A stretch of 64,000 bases of DNA from the human T2T-CHM13v2.0 reference genome, Homo sapiens. Positions 45,040-61,936 of this stretch are shown here, in pieces. Position numbers and translations under genes: made by a program. The notes beneath the pieces were generated by a model. That model was not told the origin of the DNA. It saw only the letters and a program-made list of their open reading frames with translations, and did not search any database. The DNA lies in the NCBI RefSeq assembly GCF_009914755.1, contig NC_060932.1; one strand, given 5' to 3'. Every line of letters begins with the position of its first letter. The stretch's first letter is position 1.

Positions 45040-46495
45040 AATTAGAATCCCAACAGAGTTATTTGGGACATGAAGTTAAATTGTTACAAAATATGTGTAG
45101 ATCCGAACCATTCTACAGATTTAAAGTATTTGTGATTGTTTTAAAAACTCATATCAAAACATCTAACAATAGCCAAGAAAATTAAGAGTAGCATGGAGGG
45201 ACTTGCCTCATGAGATATTAAATACAAAGCCAATGTATTCAAAATGGTGTGGTGTTAGCAAGCTCGTAAGCTCATCTACCAACTTTCAGCCAACAACCCT
45301 GCGGTCATGGGAGTTGAGGTGAAAAGAAGGGAAATGATCGGAAGCCGATATTTGGAGCATGTGGACTTCCCAGGAGTCTTCACCAATGCAGGCAGCCAGG
45401 CATCCACCTTTCCCTAGGAAACTGTAAGGTTTTTTCTGGAAAAAAAAAATGTAAACCGAAGAGGTTCTGAATTCAGAGAAATGGGATCACCAAAGGACAG
45501 GCGCAAGGCAAAGACAGTACAACAGTAACAATAGGGAAATTTGGTGAAAGTTCATTCTTTACATGGAGAAACATGAAATTGCCAGCCCTTTCCTGCTCTG
45601 TTTCTGGGCTGCAAGCAGCTGAGAACGCCCTCACACACATCACCGGAATTCTGGAGCAGGAGATTGTATGACACTTCCAGGGTAGAAAGAAAAAGACCCT
45701 CACATATTAACACTAGTGGGATGCAGTGGTAACCTCATCTCCCCCAGGAAGGCCCTCCCCTACACACAAACAGCCTCCACTTAAGCATGGACACAGGGCC
45801 AAGGACCATCAGACCCTTGAGGAAATATTCTCCTAGAAGATACGATCAAAAACAAACAGGAAAAAAAGGAATTTGGAAGGAAAATAGACAAGGCAATAAT
45901 ATCCTCAGAGAGATAAGATGATTTCTCATCCATAAACAAAAGTAAATGCTATTAAAAAGCCCAACTTGAAAACAAGAAAGAGCTCTTGCAAATTTAAACC
46001 AATAACCAAAATAACATTATTCGGAAGGATTAAAATTAAAAGTTAAGGAAATCTCCCACACATTATGACCAAATGGCAACAAAATAGAAAATAAAAGTGA
46101 AAGAGATATAAAAATCTGGTGTAAGCACAAAGGGCTAAAATCCAAATAACAAAGAGCTAAAATCCAAATAACAAGAATTTTATAAAGGTAGAAGAGAAAA
46201 ATTGTGCAAAGGAAGTTATTGATGGAAAAAATTAAATATAATTTCCCAGAATTAAAGGACATGGAGGGTACTCCAAGTGACTGTTCTAGTGAATGGAAAA
46301 AGACCAACATCAGGGAATATAACTGTGACATTTCAGAACATCAAAGATAAAGAGATGATCCCTACAACTTCCATGGGTCAAGATGGGGGTGGAGGGAGCA
46401 CGTACATTAAAAGTAATAGGAATCAAAATGGGTCAAACTTCTCAAAAGAAAACCTAGATGTCAGATGATGGTGGATCAATGTCTTAAAAGTTATT
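45040..46495 (+). mobile_element. Degraded old L1M/HAL1-like fragments
   Basis: A-rich L1-like sequence: aatttcccagaattaaaggacatg; tttcagaacatcaaagataaagag. Confidence 0.55.
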
Positions 46496-46958
<463 letters not shown>

Positions 46959-47511
46959 TTATGAACGCAAAAATCAATTTCACTTCTATACAATAACCAT
47001 GAACAATCTGAAACAGAAATTAAGAAAACAATTCCACTTCCCATAACCTCAAAAAGAATAGAATGCTTAGGAATAAATTTAAAGGGCTGAAAGACTAGTA
47101 CACTGAAAGCTACAAAATGTTGTTAAAAAAAATTAAAGAAGGCACAAATAATTGGAAAGATAGTCTGTGTTTACGGACTGGAAGATTTAATATTGTTGAG
47201 ATCTCAACACTACTCAAAGCAACCTACAGATTCAATGCAATTGTTGAGATCTCAATACTACTCAAAGCAATCTACAGATTCAATGCAATCTCTATCAAAA
47301 TCTCAACAATATTTTTTGCAAAACTAGGAAAATCTACCATAAAACTCATATGGAATATCTGACTAGTCAAAACAATCTTGAAAAAGAACCAAGTTGGAGG
47401 TCTCCTACTTCCTCCTTTGAACATGTACTACAAAGCCAAAGTAATCAAAATTGTATGGTACTGACATAAAGGCAGACACCCAGTGGAATATAATAGAGAG
47501 CACAAAAATAA

Positions 47512-47742
<231 letters not shown>

Positions 47743-48735
47743 TTTGTGGTCAAATGGTTTTTGACAAGGCTACCAAAGCCATTCAATGACAAGACCATTC
47801 AACAGTCTTTTCAACCAACAGTGTTGGGAAAACTGGATATCCACATGCAAAAGAATAAAGTTGAACTTTTACCTTATACTGTATACAAAAATTAACTCAA
47901 AATAGATCAAAGACTTAAACATAAGCGATAAAACTATAAAACTCTTAGGAGAAAAGTTTCATGACGTTGGATTTGGCAATGATTTCTTGGATATGATGCC
48001 AAAGGCACAGGCAATAAAAGAAAAAATAGATCAGTTAAACTTCATCAAAATTAAAAACTTCTGTGCATCAAAGGACACTATCAACAGAGTGAAAAGGCAA
48101 CCCACAGAATGGGAGAAAATATTTGCAAGTCATATATCTGATAAGGGCCAGAATATGCAAAGAATTCCTACAATTCAACAACAAAAAAACAAACAACCCA
48201 GTTGAAAAATGGGCAAAGGACTTGAATAAACATTTCTCCAAAAAAGATAACAAGTGATCAATAAGCATATGAAAAGATTCTCCACATCACTAATTATTAG
48301 GGGAATGCAAATCAAAACCACAATGAAATACCACTTTATACCCATTAAGATGGCTACTAACAAAAAGACAGAAAATAAGAAATTTTAATGAGAATATGGA
48401 GAAATGGGAACTCTAGTGTGTTGCTGGTGGGTATGTAAAATGGCTCAGTAGCTGTGGAAAATGACGTGATGTATGAACATAGAATTACAGTAGGATTCGT
48501 TAATTCCACTTCTAGGTATATACCCCCAAAAAAGTGAAAACAGAGACTCAAACAAATATTTTTACATCCATGTTCATAGCAGCATTATTCACTATAGCTG
48601 AAAGGTGGAAGTAACCCAAATGTTCATCGGCAGATGAATGGATAAACAAAATGTGGTATATCCATATAATGAAATAGTATTTAGTAATAAAAAGGAGCCA
48701 ACTACTGTTACCTGCAACAATATGAATGAAGCTCA

Positions 48736-49075
<340 letters not shown>

Positions 49076-49344
49076 AAATATTATATGATTCCATTTATCT
49101 GATATTTCTAAAGATGGAAAATCAGTAGAGACAGAAAGCAGATCAGTGGTTCCCTGGGACTGGGGGGTGGGAGTGGAGACTCACTGCGAATGGGTCCCTG
49201 GGAACTTTTTGAGGAGACAGAAAAAGTTCTAAAACAATTTTAGTGATGGTTGCACAACTGTATAAATTTACTAAACTCATCCAACTATACACTTAAAATA
49301 GATGAATCTTATGATAAACAAATTATACCTCAATAAAATTTGGG

Positions 49345-49638
<294 letters not shown>

Positions 49639-50094
49639 AATGAAGTTGTTTTTTTAAGTCACTCGAATTGGTTATTCTTTCCAACACTTAACTGTGTGAC
49701 CCAAGAGCTTTGTTCTGAAATTCTGAAAGTGAGCAGAGAGGGGTTGCATGGGTGAGGCAGGCAAAATGAAAAAGATCAAATTGTCCACTGAAATGCTTTA
49801 TGACACCCAGAGGAAAGAACTGTAGGCTTTGGGGGCTGCTCTGTCACAATCCAAGAACAGATAGAGCCAGGGTGGAGCCAGGGTCCCTCCTGCAATGGAG
49901 AAGTTATGAGTTATGGGCAGCAACGTCCTGCCCTCTGCAACTCACGGGTGCTATTTCTCAACCTTCCCCTGGGACATCAGAACACCAGTGCAAGGTGAAG
50001 ATGGCCCTGAGGAGAATGTTTTTCCTCACTGTCCCCCTGCCAATTTGCAATGCACAAAAGACAGGAGAAAGAAGTAGTTTATGGTTAGAGGACA

Positions 50095-50155
50095 GTGTGT
50101 GTGTGTGTGCGCGCGTGTGCGTGTGTGTGTGCGCATGTGCGTGTGTGTGTGTGTG
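50095..50155. repeat. (TG)n/(CG)n alternating purine-pyrimidine tract
   Basis: gtgtgtgtgtgcgcgcgtgtgcgtgtg... Confidence 0.9.
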
Positions 50156-50906
50156 CAGTTAAACCCATACACGGACCCATTTGTATGTGTGAGGGGTGGG
50201 AAGTGGGAAGATAAAAAATGTAGAGTTTCATCACAATTATATTGCACATTTTTAATTATAGGGAAAAGATAAGAAGGCAATGCACTCGAATGCTATTCTT
50301 GGTTGGTTGTTAATTTTTAAACTAGGAAATGAATGTTACTTAAAAGAAAAAAAAAACTTTCCTTTTTACATGGGTTGGCCCACATGCAAATTGGCAGACA
50401 GAATCTACAAGTAAAGAGAAATGCTTAATTCAAGCTTTTGTGTAATGAAATTAATTTTAATATAAATAAGATTTTAAAAGGATAAAGACAATTTAGAATG
50501 TTAATTTCAAATTTTGCTTTGCTATTGAAAGAACTATTAGGAAACAGGGAAACAAAAACACTTTCACTGGGTTAAAACAAAAACTTTCGCTAACTTCGTT
50601 GGCTTGGAGATCAATGTTCTTTAACACAACAAGAGCAATATGATGGTTGTTGTCATCTTTGTTTATGATACCAGAAGATGAGGAAGGCTGAGAGGGCAGA
50701 GGTAGACTTCTCTGTGCAGATGAGACACCTAAACAATGCAAGTCGTTGAAGAGAATTCTTTTGCTCATATTTCCTGAATGGCCAGTTCCATATCACATAA
50801 GCCAAATATTTATAGAATTTCTACTTTTCCATTATGCTTTACAGACAAAACAAAGGGTATAATTTATTTGTATGGAAAAAATTCATTGAAATCAAATATG
50901 GTTTGA

Positions 50907-51344
<438 letters not shown>

Positions 51345-51457
51345 TAAAGGTGTAATGTCTGGTAAGGCACTTGCCAAAAATAGGATGACATTCAGTAAAT
51401 TGTAGATCTTTTCCATCCCATTCCACATCTCTGCCCATTGTCCACCACCCCACCCAA

Positions 51458-51459
<2 letters not shown>

Positions 51460-51495
<36 letters not shown>
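51460..51495. repeat. (CA)18 microsatellite
   Basis: Perfect CA run. Confidence 0.95.
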
Positions 51496-51497
<2 letters not shown>

Positions 51498-52064
51498 TAC
51501 AAGTCTTACTCTGCAAAGCTTCACTGATACATCCCATGGAAAAATTAAATAAACCATTTTCAAGAAGAAATGCCCCACTGCACACAAGAAGACTGTAAAG
51601 GGCATTCCTGCTCCCAGGGAAGAAGAGCTGGTGACTGGAAACAGCAAAAGGACACCTTATTCCCCTGCCTTCCCCCTGTGCTGGCAGGATTAGAATTAGA
51701 AGAACCCAAATCTGGCTAGGAATCTGCTGGGTGAAAGGCAGAGCCTGGTGAACTTGGCTGATTCTGAGGTCAAGGTTGCATATTCAAGCCCCATAAGAAA
51801 GATTTATCCTGGCAACAACCTCCCCCTGGCCCTGGCCCATTCGTGGATGTTTCCCATTGCATGGAAGAGCTTTGTCAGGGGGTGGGGTAGAAAAGGCTAA
51901 ACACAATCTGTTCCCATCTTCATAAAACTAATACTTTTTAAAAACACAAAACATTGTTCCTCCTGACAGTGGGGCCAGATGTCCTTTTCAAATATCAATA
52001 CCTGTGAGAAGCCGCAAAGAAGCAGAGCTCTGGCGTATACAGGAGAATCACATGACACAGGGAA

Positions 52065-52500
52065 AACATTCAGTTGCTATAACAAGTGTCAAAATAATAG
52101 TGGTTTAACATGGTAGTTTATTTCTCTCTCACACAAGAATTCAAGCATAAAAAATCCAAGGCAATAGGGCAGCTCTGCAAGATGAGGAACCCAGGTTCCT
52201 CCTAACACACAACCCTGACTGCCTGGCATGAGGTTTCCATTTTGCAATCTAATATGGCTGCTGTAGCTCCACCATTACACACACGTCCCAGCCAGAAAGA
52301 TTGGAAAGAGCAAGGAAGGAGCAAAGGCAAGGCACCACCCTTCCCTTCTGTTTAAAGGCACAATTAGAAAGTTGCACACATGACTTGGGCTCACATCCCA
52401 GTAATTAGAACCTAGTAACAGAACACAGCTACCTAGCTGCAAGGGAAGCTGGGAAATGTAGTCTTTCTGTTGGGTGGCTGGTTGCCGAGCACAATTTAGG
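52065..52500 (-). mobile_element. MLT1I/J-type MaLR LTR
   Basis: gtttatttctctctcacac; cctagctgcaagggaagctgggaaatgtagtct. Confidence 0.75.
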
Positions 52501-52961
52501 TGGTAGATTGGTTTCCTGGGGCTGCCATAACAAAGTTCCACAAACTGGATGGCTTAAAACAACAGAGATTTGTGCTCTCATGGTTCAAGAAGCCAGAAGT
52601 CTGAAATCAAGGTGTCAGCAGGGCTGGTTCCTTCAGGAGTCTCTGAAAGAGAAACTGTCCCACATACCTCTTTTCTTAGCTTCTGCTGGTGTCTGGCAAT
52701 CCTTGGCACTCCTCGACTTGTAGCTGCATCATTACAGTCTCTGCCTCCGTTGTCATATGGCCTTTGTGTCTCTGTATCTAAATCTTTTCTTTTATCAAGG
52801 CAACAGCCATTGGATTTAGGGCCCCACCCCCAACATAGTATGATCTCATCTTAAATTTGATGACATCTACAAAGTTCCTATTTCCAAATAAGGCCATATT
52901 TACAGGTACCAGGAGTTAAAACTTCAGCCTATCTTTGGAGAAGACACAATTCAACCCAACA
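52501..52961 (-). mobile_element. MLT1C-type MaLR LTR
   Basis: ggctgccataacaaagttccacaaactgg...gaaatcaaggtgtcagcaggg...acacaattcaaccc. Confidence 0.88.
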
Positions 52962-53305
52962 GAGGGGCTTCATGCCAAAGGAAGAAGAGGAGAGTGGATA
53001 CTGAAGAACAACCCCCTTGCCGCGGGACCCCAGGGAATCGTGCTGGAAGACAGCCACTGTGATGTCAGAATACACACTCTGTTCCAGTTTCTTGCAAGTG
53101 AACCTGACCAACATCTTCCTCTGCAGACACTTCATCTTCCAGGCACGTCACATGGCCTGTGTCTCCCAGGCTCATCTGTTCTGCTCACAGGTCCACGTCT
53201 CAAAATGCCCTCCCATGCTCTTCCCCTCAGCCAACCCCTAAGGAAGAAGCTGCTCCCATAGGCTTTTCTCCTTGCCCCAGCCCACAGTGGCTGACAGCTG
53301 TCACC

Positions 53306-53736
53306 CTGGGCTTCCATTATGACTTTTATGAAACCTAGGCACTTGCCCTCATGGGCCCTTCTCCCTATGAACAAAAACTAATCCTTATTAAAATTTTTGT
53401 TTAAGTGTTTATATCATGCCGGGCCGGGTGTGGTGGTACGCATCTGTAGTCCCAGCTACTCAGGAGGTTCAGCCCAGAAGTTCAAGTCCAGCCTGGGTAA
53501 CATGACAAGACCTCCATCTCAAAACAATTAAATAAATAAATGTTGTATTAAAAAGCATTTTATGATTGCACTTGGTATAAAGATGAATGTATTAATGCTA
53601 TGCACAAAAACATTCCCTTCAACCTAAAAGATTTTTTCGTCATCATTTTAAGGAAACTAAAGCATTTCCCCGGATCCTTAAAAGTATTATGGGCACTAGG
53701 CACTGCCCTGCCTGCTGAGCAGATAAGTCAACTGTG
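53306..53736. mobile_element. hAT-Tip100 non-autonomous element (ORSL-like) with Alu monomer at 53421-53540
   Basis: cctaggcactt...ggtataaagatgaat...aaaagtattatgggcactaggcactg...gataagtc. Confidence 0.6.
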
Positions 53737-53871
53737 CTGGAAAAGATGCTGAAAGGGACAACAGAAAAAACCCCAGCCACCAAATCTTACCACAGAGTGC
53801 TGAGTAGAGAGTGTGAGTGCCATCCACCACCTCTTCCTCCCCCAACAGGGAGGATACTTTATGTGCTCTCA

Positions 53872-54343
<472 letters not shown>

Positions 54344-54585
54344 TTAAAGAGTGGCCACCCATGCAACACAGTGGATACAAAGCCTTTATTAAAGGATGCG
54401 AGAAACCTCCCATCCTTCAGCATCATGAACTGTTCGATCCTTTGCCACAAATCTGAACTATCCCAAAATATACTTAATCCCAAACTAGTCTTCCTTCTTA
54501 TTTTATAACCCATGTAGATTTCAAAACTATTATTTTCTAATGTATTTAGTTTCAATTCATAAACTGGTTTGCAAGACATGTTTGC

Positions 54586-54693
54586 TAGGGTGATCAACTC
54601 ATCTTGGTTGGCTCAGAACTTTCCTGGTCTTGGCCCTGTTGCATCCCAGAAAACCTCTCTGTCCCAAGCAAACCAGGACAGTTGGCCAACCTA
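54586..54693. mobile_element. MER81 hAT-Blackjack MITE
   Basis: TIRs tagggtgatcaact / agttggccaaccta; gcaaaccaggacagttgg. Confidence 0.75.
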
Positions 54694-55018
54694 TAAAGAT
54701 ATCTAAGCTTCATCATCCTCTTCTGAATTGTATGTGTTTAGACCAACAAGACAAAAATCACCGAGAAATGTTTTAAAGTAGCAATTGTTGTTCTGGAAAG
54801 TTCAAGTATGGCCCAATGCAACAGCTCAGCAAGATGTAAACAGGCACTCAATGTGGCCCAACCAGGTCCCCCTGGCTCTCCAGGCAATGTTGGCATGGGA
54901 AGGGGTGGCTATGAGTCATCTCCCTCTTTCCTGGGCTTCTCAGAATGGTCTCTTCCATAAATATTTTAGATGAAGGAGGAGGATTTGGATTTCTGCCAAA
55001 GGAGAAAAAGGATTCCAA

Positions 55019-55198
55019 CAGTGATTCCCAAACCACAGTGCACTTAGGAATAGCCTGAAGAACTTGTTAAAAATAGACAGGTCTGGGCTCTATCCCCAGA
55101 AAGTTTAGCTTTGGAGAGTCTGAGAAACACTCTTGTTAACAAGTACCCTGGCTGATCTTGATGCATGTTATTGGTGGATGACACTTTTCAAAACTCTG
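55019..55198. mobile_element. MER5-type hAT-Charlie element
   Basis: cagtgattcccaaac...cttgttaaaaatagacag...taacaagtaccc...tgatgca. Confidence 0.65.
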
Positions 55199-56614
55199 GA
55201 TTTGGGGCAAAGCTGTGAAAGTTGCTTCCTCTTCTGTCTGAAGTGAAGCAGGACCAGAGCTTACAAGAAAGGAAGGGATAACTGAATGCAGTAATAAAGA
55301 GGGAGGCACTTAGTGTCAGGGCTACTGTTATCTAAAAAGCACTTTCTTGTAAATCTTGAGATTGTTGGAATATCTTAGGCAAAGCATATCTGGGTTAATC
55401 AGGGTAGCTATGCTTTACATACACATACACGCTGTGTGGTACATAGATCCATACAGCTGTAATGTAGACACAGATAAAGCATACACGAGATAGCAGCCAT
55501 GAGGCTGATTTGTATATAACAGGCACTTATAGGTGTTTATACATATATATATGTCATGGAGGTGTGTTTAACATATATAGTAACAAATCAGTAGTCCTGT
55601 TTTGACCGTGTTAAATCTGAGATGGCCATAAGATAGCTAAATGCAGGTGACAAACAGGCAGTTGGATCTAGGCACCTACAGCTCTGGGATTTGACCAGGG
55701 GTCAGTTAGGACTAGAAATGCAGATTTAAGGAGTTATCGGCATATAACCCCCAGGACATCAATAAAACAGAAGCCACAAGGCCTGAGGTTTTCATGCCAA
55801 GTCAAGGTCACAGGCCCTATGGCTTTACAACATAAGCTAGGTTCACTAAATGAAACCAGAAACTAGTAGAGCTTAGGCTATCCATAAACAGGAACTAGAA
55901 TGTCCTTGTTCATCAGCTCAGGGTACAGCTCAAAGGCCATGTGTAGGAGTCCTTTGCCTCTCAAGGTGAAAACCCTAATTCAAGTTAACCCTCAGTGCAG
56001 AAACCCATAGGCCCTAGGCTGAGGCAAGCACGGTTGCCCCATAGGCAGGCCTCCACAACACAAGACATGAACAGGAAAACAATTTCCACAAACAACATTC
56101 CCAGGGGAGATGCACTCATGCCAAAATCACAAAATACATGAGGAAGTCCAAAACCAGGGCAAGCAACTTATAAACCCCACATCACCCTCATCCCTATCTC
56201 CAAAAAAGGAAGAAATCATATCTAAAGAGGTAGAGATAATAGAACAATCTGAAAGGGACTTTGAAATCAGCACAGTTGGAAACAGAAAATTCGGAGTCTT
56301 GAAAAAAAGCAGGATATGCTGAAATTAGTGTTTTGAAGTGATTAGAGCAGCAATGACATGCAGAATTAAATGGAGAAGAGTGGGATTAGAAGCAGCAAGA
56401 CCAGCCAGGAGGCTTCATGCAATCCACCTACAGGTAATACTTTCTCTATCTCCTGAAGTCCTGTAAAATTTAACTGGCATATCTCTGATGGCCTTATGAC
56501 CTCATCAACTTTATTTATTGTTTTATAGCTGCTTTCACATATATAAACCATATAAAGGAACTCATTGAACTCAATGCTCCTTGGAGTGGTGTGTTTGTGT
56601 AAATAGCAAGATAG

Positions 56615-56709
56615 TGCATGGATAGATAGTTGATGGGTGGATGGATGTATGGATGGATAGATAGATAGTAAGTAGAGTATGGATAGATAGATATATGGAT
56701 GGACGGATG

Positions 56710-56756
<47 letters not shown>
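56615..56756. repeat. Compound (GGAT)n/(GATA)11 tetranucleotide STR
   Basis: Perfect GATA run 56710-56756 preceded by degenerate units. Confidence 0.95.
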
Positions 56757-56850
56757 CTTCCTGTATCCCCCACAGCACTTAACACAGTGTACTAGGCACA
56801 TGGAGATGTTTCATAAATGTTAAATAAATAACCAACAAATGAACAAGAGT
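56757..56850 (+). mobile_element. L2 3' end
   Basis: ctgtatccccacagcacttaacacagtg...ggcacat...ataaatgttaaat. Confidence 0.65.
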
Positions 56851-56899
56851 CACATAAGAAACTGATTGATCAGAACCTCTAGCTTGAACTAAAGCACAA

Positions 56900-57300
56900 A
56901 ACGAAACTGATGGCCCACCATTAACTGATCTCCCTATGACCTAATAGGCTCCCTAAGCTGGCTGTCTTCTTCTTATCCCATGGGTACATCATCTATTAAT
57001 GCATTTAAAAGTCAGCTAAATTCAATGACAGCTTTAAGCCCTGTAGCACTGATGAGAATCTTTTGCTATGTATGGGTCTCCCTGGTGCAGATTGCTATAT
57101 AACCTGTCTTCCTTTTCAAATTGATTGTCAGTCCATAACCATTTGCCTATAGGTTACAGCAGGCCTTGACCTAAATCTGACTGCTGTATTCCTAATTAGA
57201 TAGAACCCTTCCCCTTCCCTCTTTAAGAAAAAAATCCCTAACTCAATGGCCAAGCCTTGGGAAACAGCAATAACTTAGTGATTTGCACAAGGACACAAAC
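56900..57300. promoter_or_regulatory. Candidate enhancer
   Basis: tgattgtcag and tgacag (PBX/MEIS-like), ctaattag and tattaatg in unique sequence. Confidence 0.35.
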
Positions 57301-57409
57301 CTGCCACGCTGAATAGCAGAATAGCAAAGATTTCAGGACCCCCTGAGAGGCCTAGAGTCATACTTATCTCCAAAGCAGGGTGACACTCATGATGATGACA
57401 ATGACACAA

Positions 57410-58030
57410 AGCTGTCTTTTATTGAGTATCTAATACTGCCAGGCATCATCCTAGGCATCTTCAATACAATCTGGCATATAATCCTCACAAGAAACCAGTA
57501 AGGAAGGTACCAGCATGATGACTTAGTCCGTTTTATATTGTTTATAACAGAACACCAAAAACTGAATAATTTATAAAGAAAGGGAATTTATTTCTTAAAG
57601 TCGTGGAGGATGAGAAGTATAAGGTAAAGGGGGGTACATCTGGTGAGGGCCTTCTTGCTGGCGGGAATTCTCTGCAGGGTCCTGAGGAGGCTGAGCATGT
57701 TCGCTCAGGTCTCTCTTCCTCTTCTTATAAAGCCACCAGCCTCACTTTCATGGTAACCCATTAAATCATTAATCCATGAATGGACTCCTCCACTCATGAA
57801 GGTAGAGCCTTCATGACTCAATCACCACTTCTTAATAGTCCCTCATTGGGGATTAAATTTCAACGTGAGTTTTGGAGGTAACAAAATTCAAACCATAGCA
57901 CATGCCCATTTGGCAGATGAGAAAACTGGAGATGAAAGAAGTTAAGTAAATTGTGCATTGTAAAAATCTAGTAAGTGTCAAAGCCAGGATTCAAACCCAG
58001 GTCAGTCTGAATGCAGTTTGTGTTCTTTCC
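57410..58030 (-). mobile_element. MIR split by an MST LTR
   Basis: tttattgagt...aatcctcacaa | cccatttggcagatgagaaaactg...ggattcaaacccaggtcagtctga. Confidence 0.8.
57519..57900 (-). mobile_element. MSTC/MSTD-type MaLR solo LTR
   Basis: catctggtgagggccttcttgctg...ggggattaaatttcaac...caaaccatagca; TSD catga/catgc. Confidence 0.85.
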
Positions 58031-58879
58031 ACTTCCCCACACTGCTTCCTCTGCCGATGCTCATGCGCCAGCAAAACAGCGAGTGGCACTCAGCCACTTT
58101 GAGTGATTGTCTCAAGGACTTCAGATGATAGACATGGGCTGTAGAGCTGGAATTGTTTCCCAGGAAACTATAAACACACACAAGCACCAGCTTGCTCTGT
58201 TTTGAGTCCAATCTTATCCATGGCTTGCAAGGGAAAGACTAACTCAACCTGGTCTTATCATGCTGCCTCCATTTCACTCTATGGAGAATGAACTGGTCCA
58301 GCCCAGTTCCTGATTTTTGTGTCCCCATTGCGAGACCAGCTACTTACCTCCATGGCCGAAACAACTGCAAACAAATAGCTCTGAAATGTTAATGGTCTTC
58401 TTGGGGGATACAGAATAAGGCATAATAGGGAAAGACTATTCATAGCACGTTCTAGTACCTACACCATTGAAATGTCCATTACCAGTGTAGTCCGAACTCA
58501 TTGTACTGGCTTGATTTTTAGGCTCAAATTAACCACAGAATTAATTATTTGAAATGATTTCAAGAAGCTTAAGATGAATTATTTCCTTTAAAATGATTCT
58601 ACAAACCATATGACCATCAACAAGACAATGGGAGAAGTTGTGATCCATTCATACTGTGGAATATTATACAGTCATAAAAATAGATGAATTATAACTGCTT
58701 GCAACAACATGGAGGAAGCTTAGAAACATAATGTTGGTTGAAAAACCAAATCCCAGAAATCTACATACAATATGTGGTAATTTTTAGAGGTGTTTGTAAA
58801 TTTTTTGACACCCTACCATTCCAAAGATGGAGACTAATTTCCCTTTTCTTAAATGTGGGCCAGATTTAGTGACTCATTT

Positions 58880-59322
<443 letters not shown>

Positions 59323-59434
59323 CTATTGAACATGGAAAAAGTGATGGTATGTTACTTCCATAACTAAATCAAAAAAAGATATTGCCACTTCTGCCTTACT
59401 GTCTTGTATCATTTGTTCTAGAAAAGCCAATCAC

Positions 59435-59800
59435 GACCAGATGCAGTAGCTCATGCACGCCTGTAATCCAGCACTTTGGGAGGCTGAGGCAGGCAGATCA
59501 CTTGAACTCAGGAGTTTGAGACCAGCCTGGCCAACATGGTGAAACCCCGTCTCTACTAAAATACAAAAATTAGCCAGGTGTGATGGCAGGTGCCTGTAAT
59601 CCCAGCTACTTAGGAGGCTGAGGCAGGAGAATTGCTTGAACCCAAGAGGCAGAGGTTGCAGTGAGCTGAGATGCTACCACTGCACTCCAGCCTGGGTGAC
59701 AGAGTGAGACACCCTCGAAGAAAGAAAGAAACAGAGAGAGAGAGAGAGAGAAGGAGAGAAGGAAAGAATGAGAGAAAGAGAGAGAGAGAGAGAAGAGAAG
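59435..59800 (+). mobile_element. AluS with (GA)n-expanded tail
   Basis: TSD aaagccaatcac. Confidence 0.94.
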
Positions 59801-61024
59801 CCAATCACTAGTCCTCAAGACCTTTAAGCAGCCTGCAGAGAGGCCCACATGGAGAAGAACTTGGTCTTCCTGCCAATATCTAAAAACAACTTGCCAGCCA
59901 CATGAGTGTGCCACCTTAGAAGAAGATCCCCCATCCCTAGTCAAGCCTTCAGATGACTGTAGCCCCTACCAACATCTTGACCTCAACCCCATGAAAAATC
60001 CCAAGCCAGAACCACTTCCAAGTTCATGATCCACAGCTAAGCCACTGCCAAGTTCATGATCCATGAAAAGTTGTAAAATCAATATTTATTGTCTGAGGCC
60101 ACCAGATTTGGTGACAATTTGTGATACAGCAGTACAAAACTAATAAACAATATGATACCATTTCTTTTATTTTTAAATATTTTTTCTGCAGTTTGTAGCA
60201 ATCATTTTTTATAAATATCAAGAGCAAGAAATTGCTTATACAAACATGTACATGTGATAAACTATTTTTTAAGTGTGGGAATATTAAACAACCATTCCAC
60301 TGATAACAACTGTAATGTTTAGATTAAATACATAAAACAATTGTGCAAAAGCATCAGAGAGCAAGAGAGTTTGGCAGGACTGGTGGGGCCAAGAGTACAC
60401 AGATAAAGGAAGTGAGGTAAGCCATACATTTGGCTCTGATTTTTCCTTTATGTTACTTGCCATTTTATGATGTGGAGCAATAAAGGCTGAAGGCAGAGTA
60501 ACAGAGAGGCTTGCAGAAATCTCATTAGGCTAGGGAGTCAGAGGTTGGAGTTCAATGCCCATCAATGGGGAAGGAACTTGGAAAATACTTGAGGATTTTA
60601 GTTGAGATCGCTAAAGAACTGTGCCCCTAGAAGAGAGTTAAGCTCCAGAAGTAAGGAAGATTATCCTTAGGAATCTTGGAATATCCCCTAGGCACAGTTA
60701 GAGGTAGAAGAACCCTAACAAAGCCCCTAGACCTATCCTCAATTGCATCAGCATGAAATTGAGAATACCCTATTTCCCTGCCATAAGAAAATGTAATAAC
60801 CTTTGAAGGAAGATAGCTAGAGAATAAAATTTTTCACACGTGATGTCTAGATCTCAATTGAAAATTACTAGGCATGCCAAGAAATAGGATCAAATAACTA
60901 AAAACCAAGAGGGGAAAAACAATAGAAAAAAAAGTGATGCAGATATTGGAGTTATTAAACAGAGACTTTTAAATAACTATTATTAATATGTTCAAGGAAA
61001 TAAAAGAAAGGACAGAGAATTTTA

Positions 61025-61397
<373 letters not shown>

Positions 61398-61468
61398 TTA
61401 GACATAGCCAAGACAAGATAGTAAAGAACAGAGACAAAAGAATGAAAAATGGGGGAAAAAACGTAATT

Positions 61469-61767
61469 GGCCAGTCACGGTGGCTCACACCTGTAATCCC
61501 AGCACTTTGGGAGGCCAAGGTGGGCAAATCCATTGAAGTCAAGAGTTTGAGACCACCCTGGCTAACATGGCAAAACCCTGTCTCTACTAAAAATATAAAA
61601 ATTAGCTGGGCATGGTGGTGAGTACCTATAATCCCAGCTACTCGGGAGGCTAAGGCAGGAGAATCACTTGAACCGGGAAGCAAAGGTTGCAGTGAGCCGA
61701 GATTGTGCAACTGCATTCTAGCCTAGGCAACAGAGTGAGACTCAATCTCAAAAAAAAAAAAAAAAGT
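61469..61767 (+). mobile_element. AluS
   Basis: Full dimer; TSD-like gtaattg. Confidence 0.94.
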
Positions 61768-61936
61768 AATTGATATAGGGGCATGGTTAAAAACATCTAA
61801 CATATTTGTAATTGGGACCCAGATGGAGAGAAGAATGGGATAGAACCAATTTTTAAACAAATACTGGCTGAGAGTTTTCCAAAAATGATGAAAAACATCA
61901 AGCTACAGTGTAAAGAATTTCTCCTCATGCAAGCAG

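Noticed and set aside
50493-50768. 91-aa minus-strand ORF with ATG in unique DNA
   Set aside because: No recognisable homology, no convincing donor site or promoter, and a length compatible with chance.
56366-56801. ORFs with LSIY repeats
   Set aside because: Translation of the GATA microsatellite.
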